A stretch of DNA of 64,000 bases, taken from the sequence record SRR31156797_5854, one strand, 5' to 3'. The notes beneath the pieces are model-generated. The model had not been told where the DNA came from. It was given only the letters and a program-made list of their open reading frames with translations, and searched no databases. A program made the translations under genes and the position numbers. The first letter of the stretch is position 1. Every line of letters starts with the position of its first letter. This document shows positions 1-9,879 of the stretch, one piece after another.

Positions 1-1020
1 GTACATGACAATGAAATAAAAAATGGTGCACAGCTTACGGTACGTCCATCGCAGGCTGCAGTTTTTGTTAACGAAGGTCAAATAGCAGACGTATTCGGTC
101 CAGGAATGTATACACTTGAGACTGCAAACCTGCCAATTCTAGCAACATTAAAAGGTTGGAAATATGGTTTTGATTCACCATTTAAGGCAGAAGTTTATTT
201 TGTAAACACTAAACAATTCCTGGATCAAAAATGGGGTACAAAGAATCCAGTTATGATGAGGGATTCTGAGTTTGGTATGATCAGACTTCGTGCATTTGGT
301 ATATACTCATTTGTAGTAGATGATCCTCAGAAATTCATGCATGAAGTATTTGGCACAAATACTCTTTATACAATAGACGATGTGACGGGTCAGCTAAAGA
401 GAGCTATCGTTTCCGGCATTTCAGATGTTCTGGGTGAAAGCAAAATTGCTGCTATTGATTTGGCTGCTAGTTATGATGAATTAAGCCAGTTATCAAAAGA
501 AAAATTGCAAGACAGATTCACTCCGCTTGGTTTGAAGATAATGTCATTCTACATTGAAAACATTTCACTTCCAGAAGAAGTGGAAAAAATCCTGGATCAG
601 CGTACATCAATGGGTGTTTTAGGCGATTTGGGCAAATATACTCAGTTCCAGACAGCACAAGCTATTGGCGACGCTGCAAAGAATGAAGGCAGCGGATTCG
701 CAGGAGCTGGCGTAGGCTTAGGTGCAGGCTCAGTTATGGGTCAGGCAATGGCTCAATCTATGAACCAAACACAAACATCAAAAAAGGCGTGTCCACACTG
801 CGGAGCACAAATACCAGCAGATTCCAAGTTCTGCCCATCCTGCGGTAAAAAAGCAGAAATAAGCAAAGTTGCCTGTGTAAAGTGCGGCGCAATGATTAAC
901 GAAGGTACTAAATTCTGTCCTGAATGCGGTTCTTCTCAGGAAGCTGCTGCATGTAAAAATTGTGGTGCAAAACTATCCGCTGGTGCTAAATTCTGCCCTG
1001 AGTGTGGTACAGCACAATAG
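1..1020 (+). CDS. SPFH/Band-7 (YdjI/virion-core-like) protein with C-terminal double zinc ribbons; 5'-truncated by window edge
   Basis: Frame is open from base 1 (VHDNEIKNGAQLTVRPSQAAVFVNEG...). Contains EVYFVN, KWGT, RLRAFG and a Gly-rich GAGVGLGAG linker, followed by three CxxCG...KFCPxCG ribbons. Confidence 0.85.
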   Translation, partial: VHDNEIKNGAQLTVRPSQAAVFVNEGQIADVFGPGMYTLETANLPILATLKGWKYGFDSPFKAEVYFVNTKQFLDQKWGTKNPVMMRDSEFGMIRLRAFGIYSFVVDDPQKFMHEVFGTNTLYTIDDVTGQLKRAIVSGISDVLGESKIAAIDLAASYDELSQLSKEKLQDRFTPLGLKIMSFYIENISLPEEVEKILDQRTSMGVLGDLGKYTQFQTAQAIGDAAKNEGSGFAGAGVGLGAGSVMGQAMAQSMNQTQTSKKACPHCGAQIPADSKFCPSCGKKAEISKVACVKCGAMINEGTKFCPECGSSQEAAACKNCGAKLSAGAKFCPECGTAQ

Positions 1021-1030
1021 TACATACTGT

Positions 1031-1064
1031 AAGGATTGGTTTTTGCCAATCCTTTATACTTTTT
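1031..1064 (+). terminator. Hairpin; probable weak intrinsic terminator or mRNA-stabilising stem
   Basis: AAGGATTGG (1031-1039) / CCAATCCTT (1046-1054) perfect 9-bp stem followed by TATACTTTTT, just after the SPFH stop codon. Confidence 0.55.
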
Positions 1065-1094
1065 CATACCACAAATCTTAGAAAGGTAGAGAAA

Positions 1095-2201
1095 ATGGAT
1101 CAAAATATAGATACAAAAGAAATAATAAAAGATACAGACAAGTTTACATGTCCCAGCTGCGGCGGCAATATGCATTTCGACCCAGAGACCGCTATGCTAA
1201 AATGCGAATACTGCGATACAACTGTAGATTTTGATAGATTAGAAGATGTAATTGAGGAATATGATTTCCGTAAAGTTGATTCGCAGATGGTTTCAGTAAC
1301 TGATTGGGCCGACGATTCAATGACATTTAAATGCGAAAACTGCGGAGCACAGACTGTTATCACAGACCTTACAATGAGTAAATTCTGTGAATTTTGCGGC
1401 TCATCAAATATAGTAAGGCAAGAAGACTTAAAGGGCATCAAGCCAGAGTCAGTACTGCCGTTCTCTATTACGAAAAAACAGGCTTCAAATATAATGAGTA
1501 AATGGTTAAGTAAGAGATGGATGGCCCCAAGAAAACTTAAAACTCAAAGTGTAAAAGAAAAGTTCAAAGGAACTTATATCCCCTACTGGACTTATGATTC
1601 AGATCTTGACTATACCTATACTGCTCAGGCTGGTGACTATTACTACGTAACAGAGACCTACCGCAACAGTGAAGGCAAAATGGCAACCCGTCAGGTCAGG
1701 AAGATACGCTGGAGATTTGTCAGAGGACAGGCAAGTAAATATTTTGATGATATTGAAGTAGCTGCAACTAACAAAGTGGACATATCAATTCTTAGAAATT
1801 GTGAACCGTTCACATTATCAAAACTACAGCCATATCTGCCACAGTTCTTATCTGGTTTTTCTGCAGAACGATACAGTGTTGATGTGAAGCAGTGCTGGAC
1901 AGATGCACAGGAAGTCATCAAATACATTCTTCACAATGATGTCCGTAGTATGGTACATGCTGATGAAGTCCGTAATATTGTGCTGAATATCCACCACAAG
2001 CAAATTAAGTATAAACACTTATTAGTACCAATATGGCTTGCGGGTTATACATACTCTGGCAAAAGATATCAGGTAATGGTTAACGGTGAAAACGGCAGGC
2101 TATCAGGCAAAGCACCAGTCAGTGCATTTAAGGTATTTTTATTAATACTAGGAATTATAGGCTTAATAGCTTTGATGTACTACCTATTTATGATGCAGTA
2201 A
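1095..2201 (+). CDS. YdjG-like zinc-ribbon membrane protein (Psp/envelope-stress associated)
   Basis: ATG at 1095 after GAAAGG. Four CxxC pairs (CPSCGG, CEYCD, CENCGA, CEFCGS), YIPYWTYD, VNGENGRLSG and a C-terminal TM helix. Adjacent to the SPFH gene, as in B. subtilis pspA-ydjGHI. Confidence 0.75.
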   Translation: MDQNIDTKEIIKDTDKFTCPSCGGNMHFDPETAMLKCEYCDTTVDFDRLEDVIEEYDFRKVDSQMVSVTDWADDSMTFKCENCGAQTVITDLTMSKFCEFCGSSNIVRQEDLKGIKPESVLPFSITKKQASNIMSKWLSKRWMAPRKLKTQSVKEKFKGTYIPYWTYDSDLDYTYTAQAGDYYYVTETYRNSEGKMATRQVRKIRWRFVRGQASKYFDDIEVAATNKVDISILRNCEPFTLSKLQPYLPQFLSGFSAERYSVDVKQCWTDAQEVIKYILHNDVRSMVHADEVRNIVLNIHHKQIKYKHLLVPIWLAGYTYSGKRYQVMVNGENGRLSGKAPVSAFKVFLLILGIIGLIALMYYLFMMQ

Positions 2202-2217
2202 TCACAGGAGATATATT

Positions 2218-3018
2218 TTGATAGACTATCACATGCACACCACCTTCTCACCAGATGCCACTATGACAATGGAAGAAGCAGTTAAAAGGTGTAGAAAACT
2301 AGGTAAAACTCATATTGCAATTACTGACCATTATGATTTCTTTCCTGATGAAAAATATACTGACTGGCAGATTAATAATCTCGAGAAATACATCGAAAAT
2401 ATTGTCCTTCTACAGGCAGAGAATCCTGAAATTACAATCGCAAAAGGTATAGAAATTGGTTATGTGCCTCAGGCAAAAGAACGTATGAAAAACACTCTTG
2501 ATGCCGTGGATTTTGATTTTGTAATAACATCCATTCATTTAATAGATGGAGTTGACCCATATTTCGGCACATATTTTGATGGTAAAACTAAACAGGAAGC
2601 ATATAATGAATATTATCAGGAAACAATTAGGTGCCTTAATGCAATGGATTCCCGTACTTGTGTCATTGGTCATATTGGATATCCTTCAAGATATGCTAGC
2701 TACAACGACAACAAAATGTACTATCACGAGTCTCCAGAGTTGCTTGATGAAATGCTGAAAAAAATTATTGAACGTGGATTCGGTATAGAGGTAAATACAT
2801 CAAATTTTGAGAGAGAGCTTAACGATACCATGCCTCCTTTTGAAATACTAAAACGTTACATAGATTTAGGCGGCGAAATAGTAACAATTGGTTCAGATGC
2901 ACATAATATTGATGCTGTTGGTAAAGGATATAACAGAGCCAGAGACATTATACTGAGTGCAGGCGTAAAATACATCTGCTCTTTTGACAAACTGAAACCA
3001 CAATTTATTAAGCTATAG
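2218..3018 (+). CDS. Histidinol-phosphatase, HisJ/PHP family
   Basis: DYHMHT, ITDH, GIEIG, SIH, GHIGY, EVNTS and GSDAH PHP motifs. TTG start after AGGAG. Confidence 0.85.
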   Translation: MIDYHMHTTFSPDATMTMEEAVKRCRKLGKTHIAITDHYDFFPDEKYTDWQINNLEKYIENIVLLQAENPEITIAKGIEIGYVPQAKERMKNTLDAVDFDFVITSIHLIDGVDPYFGTYFDGKTKQEAYNEYYQETIRCLNAMDSRTCVIGHIGYPSRYASYNDNKMYYHESPELLDEMLKKIIERGFGIEVNTSNFERELNDTMPPFEILKRYIDLGGEIVTIGSDAHNIDAVGKGYNRARDIILSAGVKYICSFDKLKPQFIKL

Positions 3019-3034
3019 ATGCAAGGAGAGCTCT

Positions 3035-3325
3035 ATGAAGAACCATTTGATTATCATTATTTGTATCATTTCAATATTGGCATTTATGACACTTGGAATA
3101 ATTCTGGTTAATTCCGCCAGCAGTATATGGGCTATAATTGTTACAGCGTTGTCCATCATACCAGCTTTCTTTTTGTATTCATCACTACTGTCAATTAAGT
3201 CACAAAAACAATCAGAAAGTTCAAACCGCAAAAAATACAAGAGTAAATCATTTTATGCAAAATCAAGAACAAAAGATAACGGTAAAATCCTTTACTTCCC
3301 CAAGGATAAGAATAGGAACAGATAG
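3035..3325 (+). CDS. Small hypothetical membrane protein (two TM helices, basic tail)
   Basis: AAGGAG RBS, two hydrophobic segments, Lys/Arg-rich C-terminus; followed by a terminator. Confidence 0.6.
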   Translation: MKNHLIIIICIISILAFMTLGIILVNSASSIWAIIVTALSIIPAFFLYSSLLSIKSQKQSESSNRKKYKSKSFYAKSRTKDNGKILYFPKDKNRNR

Positions 3326-3332
3326 TTTTTAT

Positions 3333-3365
3333 AAAAAAAGCGTACCGTTTTTGGTACGCTTTTTT
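3333..3365. terminator. Bidirectional rho-independent terminator
   Basis: A7-GCGTACC-loop-GGTACGC-T6 between convergent genes. Confidence 0.9.
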
Positions 3366-3388
3366 AATCTGATTAAATAATATGCTGT

Positions 3389-4141
3389 CTACGCAGCTTC
3401 GGCTTCAGTAGTCTCCGCCTCTTCTGTAGTTTCAGCTTCTTCTGTAGTTTTTTCTCCTTCAGTCTCGGTGGTTGACTCTGTTTCATCAACTGGGTCATCC
3501 TCATCAGTATCATTTCCTGAATATAAATCACCAACACAGTTATCACAAGGGTCATCCTTCTTTGCTGCAATAGCTTCTGCTACTGTACCACTGTATACAT
3601 TTTCTGAGTCACGAATATGGAAACAGTCAGGATCTACATGATAGCTCTTTCCGAATTCTGTCCAATAAACTACTGTATCGCCATACAGCTCCTCAACCAT
3701 AGCTTCCTGATGCTGTACGTCACCAGGTGAAACTGGATTGTAGTCGATTGATGTTCCCATTGCTCCCACAAATAGTAGACCAGCCACTGCTGCCAGAGTT
3801 TTCTTTGTCTTTGCATCAATTTCTTTGTTCTTTAGCAAAAACAAACCAAATGGAATAAATGCAACCAAACAAGCGATAACTCCCATTTGATCCCATAGGA
3901 ATTTAACAGTTTTGTTCTTTGATGTACATGGGTCTAGGCGATTTGCTTTCTTCCACAATAAAGCACCAACAATACATGCTACTGCATCTGCTGCAATTGC
4001 AATGTACAAATATGTCATATTCGCAACGTTATTCAGCAAATATATTGCCAATACTTCAAATCCAATTGCAACTATCCAAAGAATAATTGCTCCTATTCTC
4101 AACCCTCTAGCCTTTTTCTTAATTTGCTCTAATCCTGCCAT
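3389..4141 (-). CDS. Hypothetical 4-TM membrane protein with C-terminal His/Cys (Ada-like metal-binding) motif and acidic repeat tail
   Basis: Start placed at MAGLEQ after GAAAGGAA. TM helices, LWKKANRLDP, VYWTEFGKSYH...DC...PCDNC, then an E/T-rich tail. Confidence 0.7.
   Translation of the reverse strand: MAGLEQIKKKARGLRIGAIILWIVAIGFEVLAIYLLNNVANMTYLYIAIAADAVACIVGALLWKKANRLDPCTSKNKTVKFLWDQMGVIACLVAFIPFGLFLLKNKEIDAKTKKTLAAVAGLLFVGAMGTSIDYNPVSPGDVQHQEAMVEELYGDTVVYWTEFGKSYHVDPDCFHIRDSENVYSGTVAEAIAAKKDDPCDNCVGDLYSGNDTDEDDPVDETESTTETEGEKTTEEAETTEEAETTEAEAA
3398..3487 (-). repeat. Degenerate 18-nt coding tandem repeat (TTEEAE units)
   Basis: Protein tail ETESTTETEGEKTTEEAETTEEAETTEAEAA; CTTCTGTAGTTT recurs on the + strand at 18-nt spacing. 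Confidence 0.6.
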
Positions 4142-4375
4142 TATCTCATTTCCTTTCAGGTGATAAATTCTTAGTATGTAACTCTCCAATTAAATATTTA
4201 TAATAAATACACAATATACATACAAAATATTTCATCTAATTATAGCAATCTTTAAATAAATATGCAATAAAATGAATCCAAATTTCTATTTATTGTTTTT
4301 GTTGTATGATTAATCATTTAATAAGTTTTATATGAGTTTAATATAATCAAAGCAAAATCTAACAATTCGTGGTAG

Positions 4376-6262
4376 TTAATTCTTTCTGCCTCGTCCTCTT
4401 TTTGATTGTCTGCCTCTCTTATTACTTGATTTTGAATAACCAGATTTGCTATTTGCTTTTTTCTGAGATTGTTTTTCAGAAGTCTTCCTTGGTCTTATCA
4501 GACACTCAGAATCAAAGCCAATTAAATCCAGTCTACCAGCCTTTTTCAAAGCTCTATAGACTAAATCATGATTTTTTTCATCCCGGAACTGCAAGAGTGC
4601 TCTCTGCATTCTCTTTTCTTCATTTGTTGGTACATAGATTTTTGTCATACTCCTTGGATCAATACCAGTGTAATACATACATGTAGATATTGAGCTGGGG
4701 GTTGGGTAGAAATCCTGAACCTGCTTTGGCTGAATATTCATTTTTTTCATAAAACATGCTAATTCAATAGCATCATCAAGAGTTGAACCAGGATGTGAGG
4801 AAATAAAATAAGGTTCAATATGCTGCTTAAGTCCTAGTCTTTTATTAGCATTATTATACTTATTTATAAATGAAATATATCCTTCTTTACCAGGCTTACC
4901 CATGGCGTTAAGAACATTTTGTGAAATATGCTCCGGAGCAATTTTTAGTCTGCCGCTAATATGATGCTTGACTAAATCACTTATAATCCCATTACAGTTT
5001 TTATCTTCTAAAATATAATCATATCTTAAGCCTGAACGGATAAATACCTTCTTCACACCTTCTAAGCTTCGCAGCTTTTTTAAAAGTGACATATAATCTA
5101 CATGGCTAATGTTAAGATTTGTACACATAGTTGGATGCATACACATTTTATTCAAACATCCACCCTTTGTACTAATCTTTTCACAGGGTGAGTGACGGAA
5201 ATTAGCTGTTGGTCCACCCACATCATGTATATAACCTTTAAAATCCGGCATTTTAATCAACATTTTTGCTTCTCTAATTAGTGACTCGTGTGACCTGACA
5301 GATATATTCCTCCCCTGGTGCATACCAATACTGCAAAAATTACATGAGCCAAAGCAGCCTCTGCTGCTTGTCAGTGAGAATTTCACCTCTTTGAGTGCAG
5401 ATATGCTTTTCCCTCCATATATAGGGTGAGCTAATCTGGTATACGGAAGTTCATACACCTTGTCCATTTCTTTGGTAGTAAGGGGTATCTGCGGTGAATT
5501 TTGTACAACTATTTTCCTATGCTGCTTCTGTGCAAGTTTTTTCCCTATTATTGGATCACTGTTTTTATACTGGGTCATATAGCATTTTGCATACTCTAGT
5601 TTGTTTTCAACTACTGTCTCAAACTCCTCCAGCATTACTACATCCTCTGGATACTCATTTGCTATATAACATGTACCCTTGACATTGGTTATTGAGGTAA
5701 TCGGTATTCCTTTATCCAGTAGATTAGCAATCTCAACAGTTGCCTTCTCCCCCATACCATATATCAGCATATCAGCATTAGCATCCTCCAATACAGAATG
5801 CCGCACTTTATTTGACCAATAATCATAATGAGCAAATCGTCTAAGAGAAGCCTCTACTCCTCCTAAGATAATTGGAGTATTTTTATAAGTCTTTCTAATC
5901 AAATTGGAATATACAATAGCAGCTCTGTCAGGTCTTAATCCTGCTTTATCATTAAGTGCATAACTATCAGTAGAGCGTTTCTTCTTTGCAGAAGTATAAT
6001 GGTTAACCATTGAGTCAATATTACCTGAAGACACCAAAAAGCCCAGCCTTGGTTCACCATAAATTGTAACCGATGCTGGGTCCTTATAATCTGGCAGAGA
6101 AATTATTCCCACTTTATATCCTGCCTCTTCCAAAACTCGGGAAATAATCGCATGACCAAAACTAGAATGATCCACATATGCTTCACCGATTACAAACACA
6201 AAGTCTGCTCTATCCCACGATGTATTTATAAATTCTTCTTTTGTCAGAGGTAAATGTTTCAT
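4376..6262 (-). CDS. YgiQ-family (UPF0313) radical SAM protein
   Basis: GEAYVDHSSFG, GGVEASLRR, RGCFGSCNFC, GYIHDVGGPTANF, APEH, PYFISSHPG and QVQDFYPTP. Confidence 0.92.
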   Translation of the reverse strand: MKHLPLTKEEFINTSWDRADFVFVIGEAYVDHSSFGHAIISRVLEEAGYKVGIISLPDYKDPASVTIYGEPRLGFLVSSGNIDSMVNHYTSAKKKRSTDSYALNDKAGLRPDRAAIVYSNLIRKTYKNTPIILGGVEASLRRFAHYDYWSNKVRHSVLEDANADMLIYGMGEKATVEIANLLDKGIPITSITNVKGTCYIANEYPEDVVMLEEFETVVENKLEYAKCYMTQYKNSDPIIGKKLAQKQHRKIVVQNSPQIPLTTKEMDKVYELPYTRLAHPIYGGKSISALKEVKFSLTSSRGCFGSCNFCSIGMHQGRNISVRSHESLIREAKMLIKMPDFKGYIHDVGGPTANFRHSPCEKISTKGGCLNKMCMHPTMCTNLNISHVDYMSLLKKLRSLEGVKKVFIRSGLRYDYILEDKNCNGIISDLVKHHISGRLKIAPEHISQNVLNAMGKPGKEGYISFINKYNNANKRLGLKQHIEPYFISSHPGSTLDDAIELACFMKKMNIQPKQVQDFYPTPSSISTCMYYTGIDPRSMTKIYVPTNEEKRMQRALLQFRDEKNHDLVYRALKKAGRLDLIGFDSECLIRPRKTSEKQSQKKANSKSGYSKSSNKRGRQSKRGRGRKN

Positions 6263-6269
6263 AACCCAT

Positions 6270-6280
6270 AGTATATCACA
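6270..6280 (-). promoter_or_regulatory. Extended -10 promoter element, probable leaderless start of the YgiQ-family gene
   Basis: TGTGaTATACT ends 7 nt before the ATG at 6262; no Shine-Dalgarno. Confidence 0.55.
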
Positions 6281-6448
6281 AATCATAAAAAAGTATTGAT
6301 ATTACTTAGTAATAGTTTGGAACAATGCTTCCCTACCCTAAATTTCAGCAATAATCATAGACATATATTCTATTCTTTATTCTTTTTTGATTACCACACA
6401 ATTAAGATATCATAATGAGTTATGTTGCATTTGATATTATCATTATTT

Positions 6449-7813
6449 TCAACTAAAATCGATTTTCTCAAGCTCTTCAATAATTCTTTCAAACGCACAT
6501 CCTCTAGAAGCCTTTACGAGAACAGTATCACCTTTATTGATAAGTTTGTCTAAATGGGGAATCAATTCTTCTTTTGACACAAAGTATTTAGCTTCATTTT
6601 GAGAATTCTGAGTATATCCTGTGTAGCCATGTTCTGACATTTCACCACAAAAAACTGCAAGGTCTATTTCTTTTTCGCTTGCCTTCTCCCCTACTTCATG
6701 ATGTACTCTCTCACCATGCTCTCCAACCTCCAGAATATCACCAATTATTGCAACTTTTCTCGTATTTGCCTTCTCCAGCACACCAAGCCCAGCCAATATT
6801 GATACTTTGCTGGCATTATAGCAGTCATTAATAATGGTAATATCACCTTTTGTAATTTCTGCTCTCATTTTTGCAGGTATATAGCCTTTGATTCCATTTG
6901 AAATTTCTTGATTACTTAACCCAAATAGCATACCAATCTGTGCTGCACATAGAGCTGAATACAGCATATGTTCGCCAGGTACGGGTATTACTACATCCAA
7001 ATCGATACCTTCTACAGATAATAAAGCTTTTGTTTCTTTCATATTCATGCTGCTGATTTTTTTAACATAGGCATCATTTCTATCGTTTATACCGAAAAAA
7101 CGTATATTCATATTACTGGATCTGAGAGTTCCCAGCTTATCATCATCACCGTTAACAAAGCCAATACCATCTGGATGCATATAATCAAATATCTCCATCT
7201 TTGCTTTGAATATGCCTTCTCTGCTCCCAAGCTTTCCAATATGCGATTCGCCGATATTCATAATAACGCAGATATCAGGACGAGCAGTCTTACTAAGTCT
7301 TGAAATCTCACCGAAATTGTTCATACCCATTTCAAGTACAGCAATTTCATGCTCGTAGTTTAATCCAAACAAGGTACGAGGTAATCCAATTTCATTGTTC
7401 AGATTACCTTGGTTTTTCAGAACTTCATATTTTTGTGATAATACAGAAGCTATCATATCCTTAGCAGTTGTTTTGCCTACGCTGCCTGTCACTCCTATGA
7501 CCTTAATATCAAACTGTTTCCGATAGTATTCAGCCAATTCCTTATATGCGGCAAACGTAGATTCAACCTTGATATACGGCCAATCTTTTATGTCATTTTG
7601 ACTGAGTGTTATTGTACATCCATTTTCAAATGCTGATTGGATAAACTTATGACCATCGTGATTTTCACCAATTATAGGTACATACAAGCTGCCTTCAGTA
7701 ACAATTCTGCTGTCTGTTACAACATTATCTACGTATTTATTCAGCAGACCAATATCACCAATTAATACACCCTTTGTCTCTCGAACTATATCAGCTATTT
7801 TGATTGATTCCAT
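6449..7813 (-). CDS. murF: UDP-N-acetylmuramoyl-tripeptide--D-Ala-D-Ala ligase
   Basis: VTDSR, DGHKFI, GVTGSVGKTT P-loop, NNEIGLP, VLEMGM, INDCYNA and VKASRG. Confidence 0.95.
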   Translation of the reverse strand: MESIKIADIVRETKGVLIGDIGLLNKYVDNVVTDSRIVTEGSLYVPIIGENHDGHKFIQSAFENGCTITLSQNDIKDWPYIKVESTFAAYKELAEYYRKQFDIKVIGVTGSVGKTTAKDMIASVLSQKYEVLKNQGNLNNEIGLPRTLFGLNYEHEIAVLEMGMNNFGEISRLSKTARPDICVIMNIGESHIGKLGSREGIFKAKMEIFDYMHPDGIGFVNGDDDKLGTLRSSNMNIRFFGINDRNDAYVKKISSMNMKETKALLSVEGIDLDVVIPVPGEHMLYSALCAAQIGMLFGLSNQEISNGIKGYIPAKMRAEITKGDITIINDCYNASKVSILAGLGVLEKANTRKVAIIGDILEVGEHGERVHHEVGEKASEKEIDLAVFCGEMSEHGYTGYTQNSQNEAKYFVSKEELIPHLDKLINKGDTVLVKASRGCAFERIIEELEKIDFS

Positions 7814-7822
7814 TTAATTTCC

Positions 7823-8872
7823 TTATTCATATTTTTTCATAGAAAGTGTCACCATCTGATGGCAAAGTTCATCGTAATCTATACCAATTGCTAATGCTTC
7901 TTGCGGCAATAGACTTGTTGGTGTCATACCCGGCAGTGTATTTGTCTCTATGCAATACATTTCTCCTGCGTCAGATACGATAAAGTCAGTTCTGGAATAA
8001 ACACTTAAGCCTAGAGCTTTGTGTGCCTTTAACGAAATTTCATGCATTAGCTTAGTCTGAGTATCATTAAGTGATGGCGCAGGGCAGAATTCCTCAGTTG
8101 CCCCCTCCTGATACTTATTCTCATAATCATAGAATCCTTGCTTAGGACGTATCTCAACTACTGGCAGACCAATACCATCAAATACTCCACATGTATACTC
8201 AACACCCTTAATATACTCCTCAATCAAAACGGTTTCATCCATCTCAAATAGTTTATCCATACACTCTATCAATTCTTCATAAGTATCTACTATATAAACA
8301 CCAAGGCTTGAACCGCCAACGCTTATCTTTGCCACAACTGGTAATCTGACATTTTGTAATTCATCTTTATTATACTCATCTTTCAGAACAACTCTATATT
8401 CAGGGCTTAATATATTATTAACCTGATAAACCTGTTTTGAAAAACGCTTGCTCATAGCTATAGCACTGCCCAATGAATCTGAACCTGTGTACTTAATATT
8501 ATACAAGTCCAGCATTGCCTGGATTCTGCCATCCTCGCCTTCTCCACCATGAAGACCCATAAATACTATATCTGCTGCCTGACACAACCTGATTACGTTC
8601 TTGCCAAATATACCATTGCCCTTTGATTCAATGTCTTTTCTTAAAGAAACGACATCTGGTGCAGTCTTTGGTACCTTTGGGATTATCAGTTCTCTATCTC
8701 TACAGGTTTCTATATATTCAATTGGTGTAACATCCAAATCATAATCCTTGATAATATCAATGTCTACTGCATTATGCCCCTTATTAATCAATGCTCTAGT
8801 TACTAGTGCTCCAGTAGCGAGGCTTACGTCACGTTCTATGCTCAGTCCGCCGCACAATACTATTATATTCAT
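7823..8872 (-). CDS. ddl: D-alanine--D-alanine ligase
   Basis: GGLSIERDVS, LHGGEGEDG, GGSSLGV, FYDYENKY omega loop and ETNTLPGMT. Confidence 0.95.
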   Translation of the reverse strand: MNIIVLCGGLSIERDVSLATGALVTRALINKGHNAVDIDIIKDYDLDVTPIEYIETCRDRELIIPKVPKTAPDVVSLRKDIESKGNGIFGKNVIRLCQAADIVFMGLHGGEGEDGRIQAMLDLYNIKYTGSDSLGSAIAMSKRFSKQVYQVNNILSPEYRVVLKDEYNKDELQNVRLPVVAKISVGGSSLGVYIVDTYEELIECMDKLFEMDETVLIEEYIKGVEYTCGVFDGIGLPVVEIRPKQGFYDYENKYQEGATEEFCPAPSLNDTQTKLMHEISLKAHKALGLSVYSRTDFIVSDAGEMYCIETNTLPGMTPTSLLPQEALAIGIDYDELCHQMVTLSMKKYE

Positions 8873-8947
8873 TCTATGTCTCTCTGCCTTTCGTATTTTT
8901 ATATTCTATCTAATATTTATATGCCTAAATTTACTCGAATTATGAAA

Positions 8948-8976
8948 ATTATACTACTGCCCTCTTTCCATGTCAA
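8948..8976 (-). promoter_or_regulatory. Consensus sigma-A promoter for ddl-murF
   Basis: TTGACA-17 nt-TATAAT, an exact consensus on the minus strand, about 75 nt upstream of ddl. Confidence 0.85.
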
Positions 8977-9028
8977 ACTTTTGTAACAACTTATGGCATA
9001 ATAATTGCTCATAAAGTTATCCGTAATA

Positions 9029-9053
9029 TAAGAAGAAGTCCTTTAATAGGACT
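9029..9053 (-). terminator. Probable intrinsic terminator after the TrmH-family gene
   Basis: AGTCCT/AGGACT stem followed on the minus strand by TCTTCTTAT. Confidence 0.45.
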
Positions 9054-9078
9054 CATTGCTTCTTTATCTACAAATGTA

Positions 9079-9870
9079 TTAAACCTCAGTTATTTTATTA
9101 GAAATATCATATAGCATAATACCTGCAGCAATAGCAGCATTCAATGATTCTGCACCACCTTTCATTGGCAGTTTCCATAATGAGGTGCATTCATTAGCAG
9201 TTTCTTCAGTAACCCCATTTGCTTCGTTGCCTATTACAAGTGCTACCTTTCTCTTTTGCTCCCGAGAAAAGAAATCATCACCATTTAAATGTCCGCACCC
9301 TACCTGCCAATTATTCAGCACCAGTTGACGAACGTAGCTTGCAGTATCATCAATACTTTTTATGATAATATTAAAGACCGAGCCCATACTGGCACGAATA
9401 ACCTTTTCATTATAAATATCTACACAATTGCTCATAACAATTGCATCTGCACCTACAGCGTCACATGTTCTTATAATAGTACCCAAATTGCCGGGATCTG
9501 ATATTCTTTCTAGGATAACAATAAGTCTGCTGTCAACTTCAATCATCCTCTTTGTTTCTGGTTTCATCATAAATACAGCAGCTATTCCCTGTGGATTTTT
9601 AGTTGTACAAATACTTGATAGGACATGCTCTGTTACATAAGTAATATGTACTTTGTTATTATTTGCCCAGCTTAAAATCTCAGGAAACAAGTCTGCCTTT
9701 TCATCAACCACGAATATTTCACTGCATACTATATGCCCCTTTATGGCATCATTTATTACCTTTTTACCCTCTACAATAAACAGCCCCTCCTTTTTTCTGG
9801 TCTGCTTATTGTATAGCTGACGTGTATTCTTTACACGCTGATTCTGAGTACTGCTTATAATATTATTCAT
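9079..9870 (-). CDS. TrmH/SpoU-family RNA 2'-O-methyltransferase
   Basis: FIVEG, DPGNLGTIIRT, RASMGS, IGNEANG and ESLNAAIAAGI SPOUT motifs. Confidence 0.92.
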   Translation of the reverse strand: MNNIISSTQNQRVKNTRQLYNKQTRKKEGLFIVEGKKVINDAIKGHIVCSEIFVVDEKADLFPEILSWANNNKVHITYVTEHVLSSICTTKNPQGIAAVFMMKPETKRMIEVDSRLIVILERISDPGNLGTIIRTCDAVGADAIVMSNCVDIYNEKVIRASMGSVFNIIIKSIDDTASYVRQLVLNNWQVGCGHLNGDDFFSREQKRKVALVIGNEANGVTEETANECTSLWKLPMKGGAESLNAAIAAGIMLYDISNKITEV

Positions 9871-9879
9871 AGGTTACCA

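Noticed and set aside
7823-8872. Vancomycin-resistance type D-Ala-D-Lac ligase
   Set aside because: The omega loop FYDYENKY is of the D-Ala-D-Ala type, the gene is paired with murF, and no vanH, vanX or vanRS genes are nearby.
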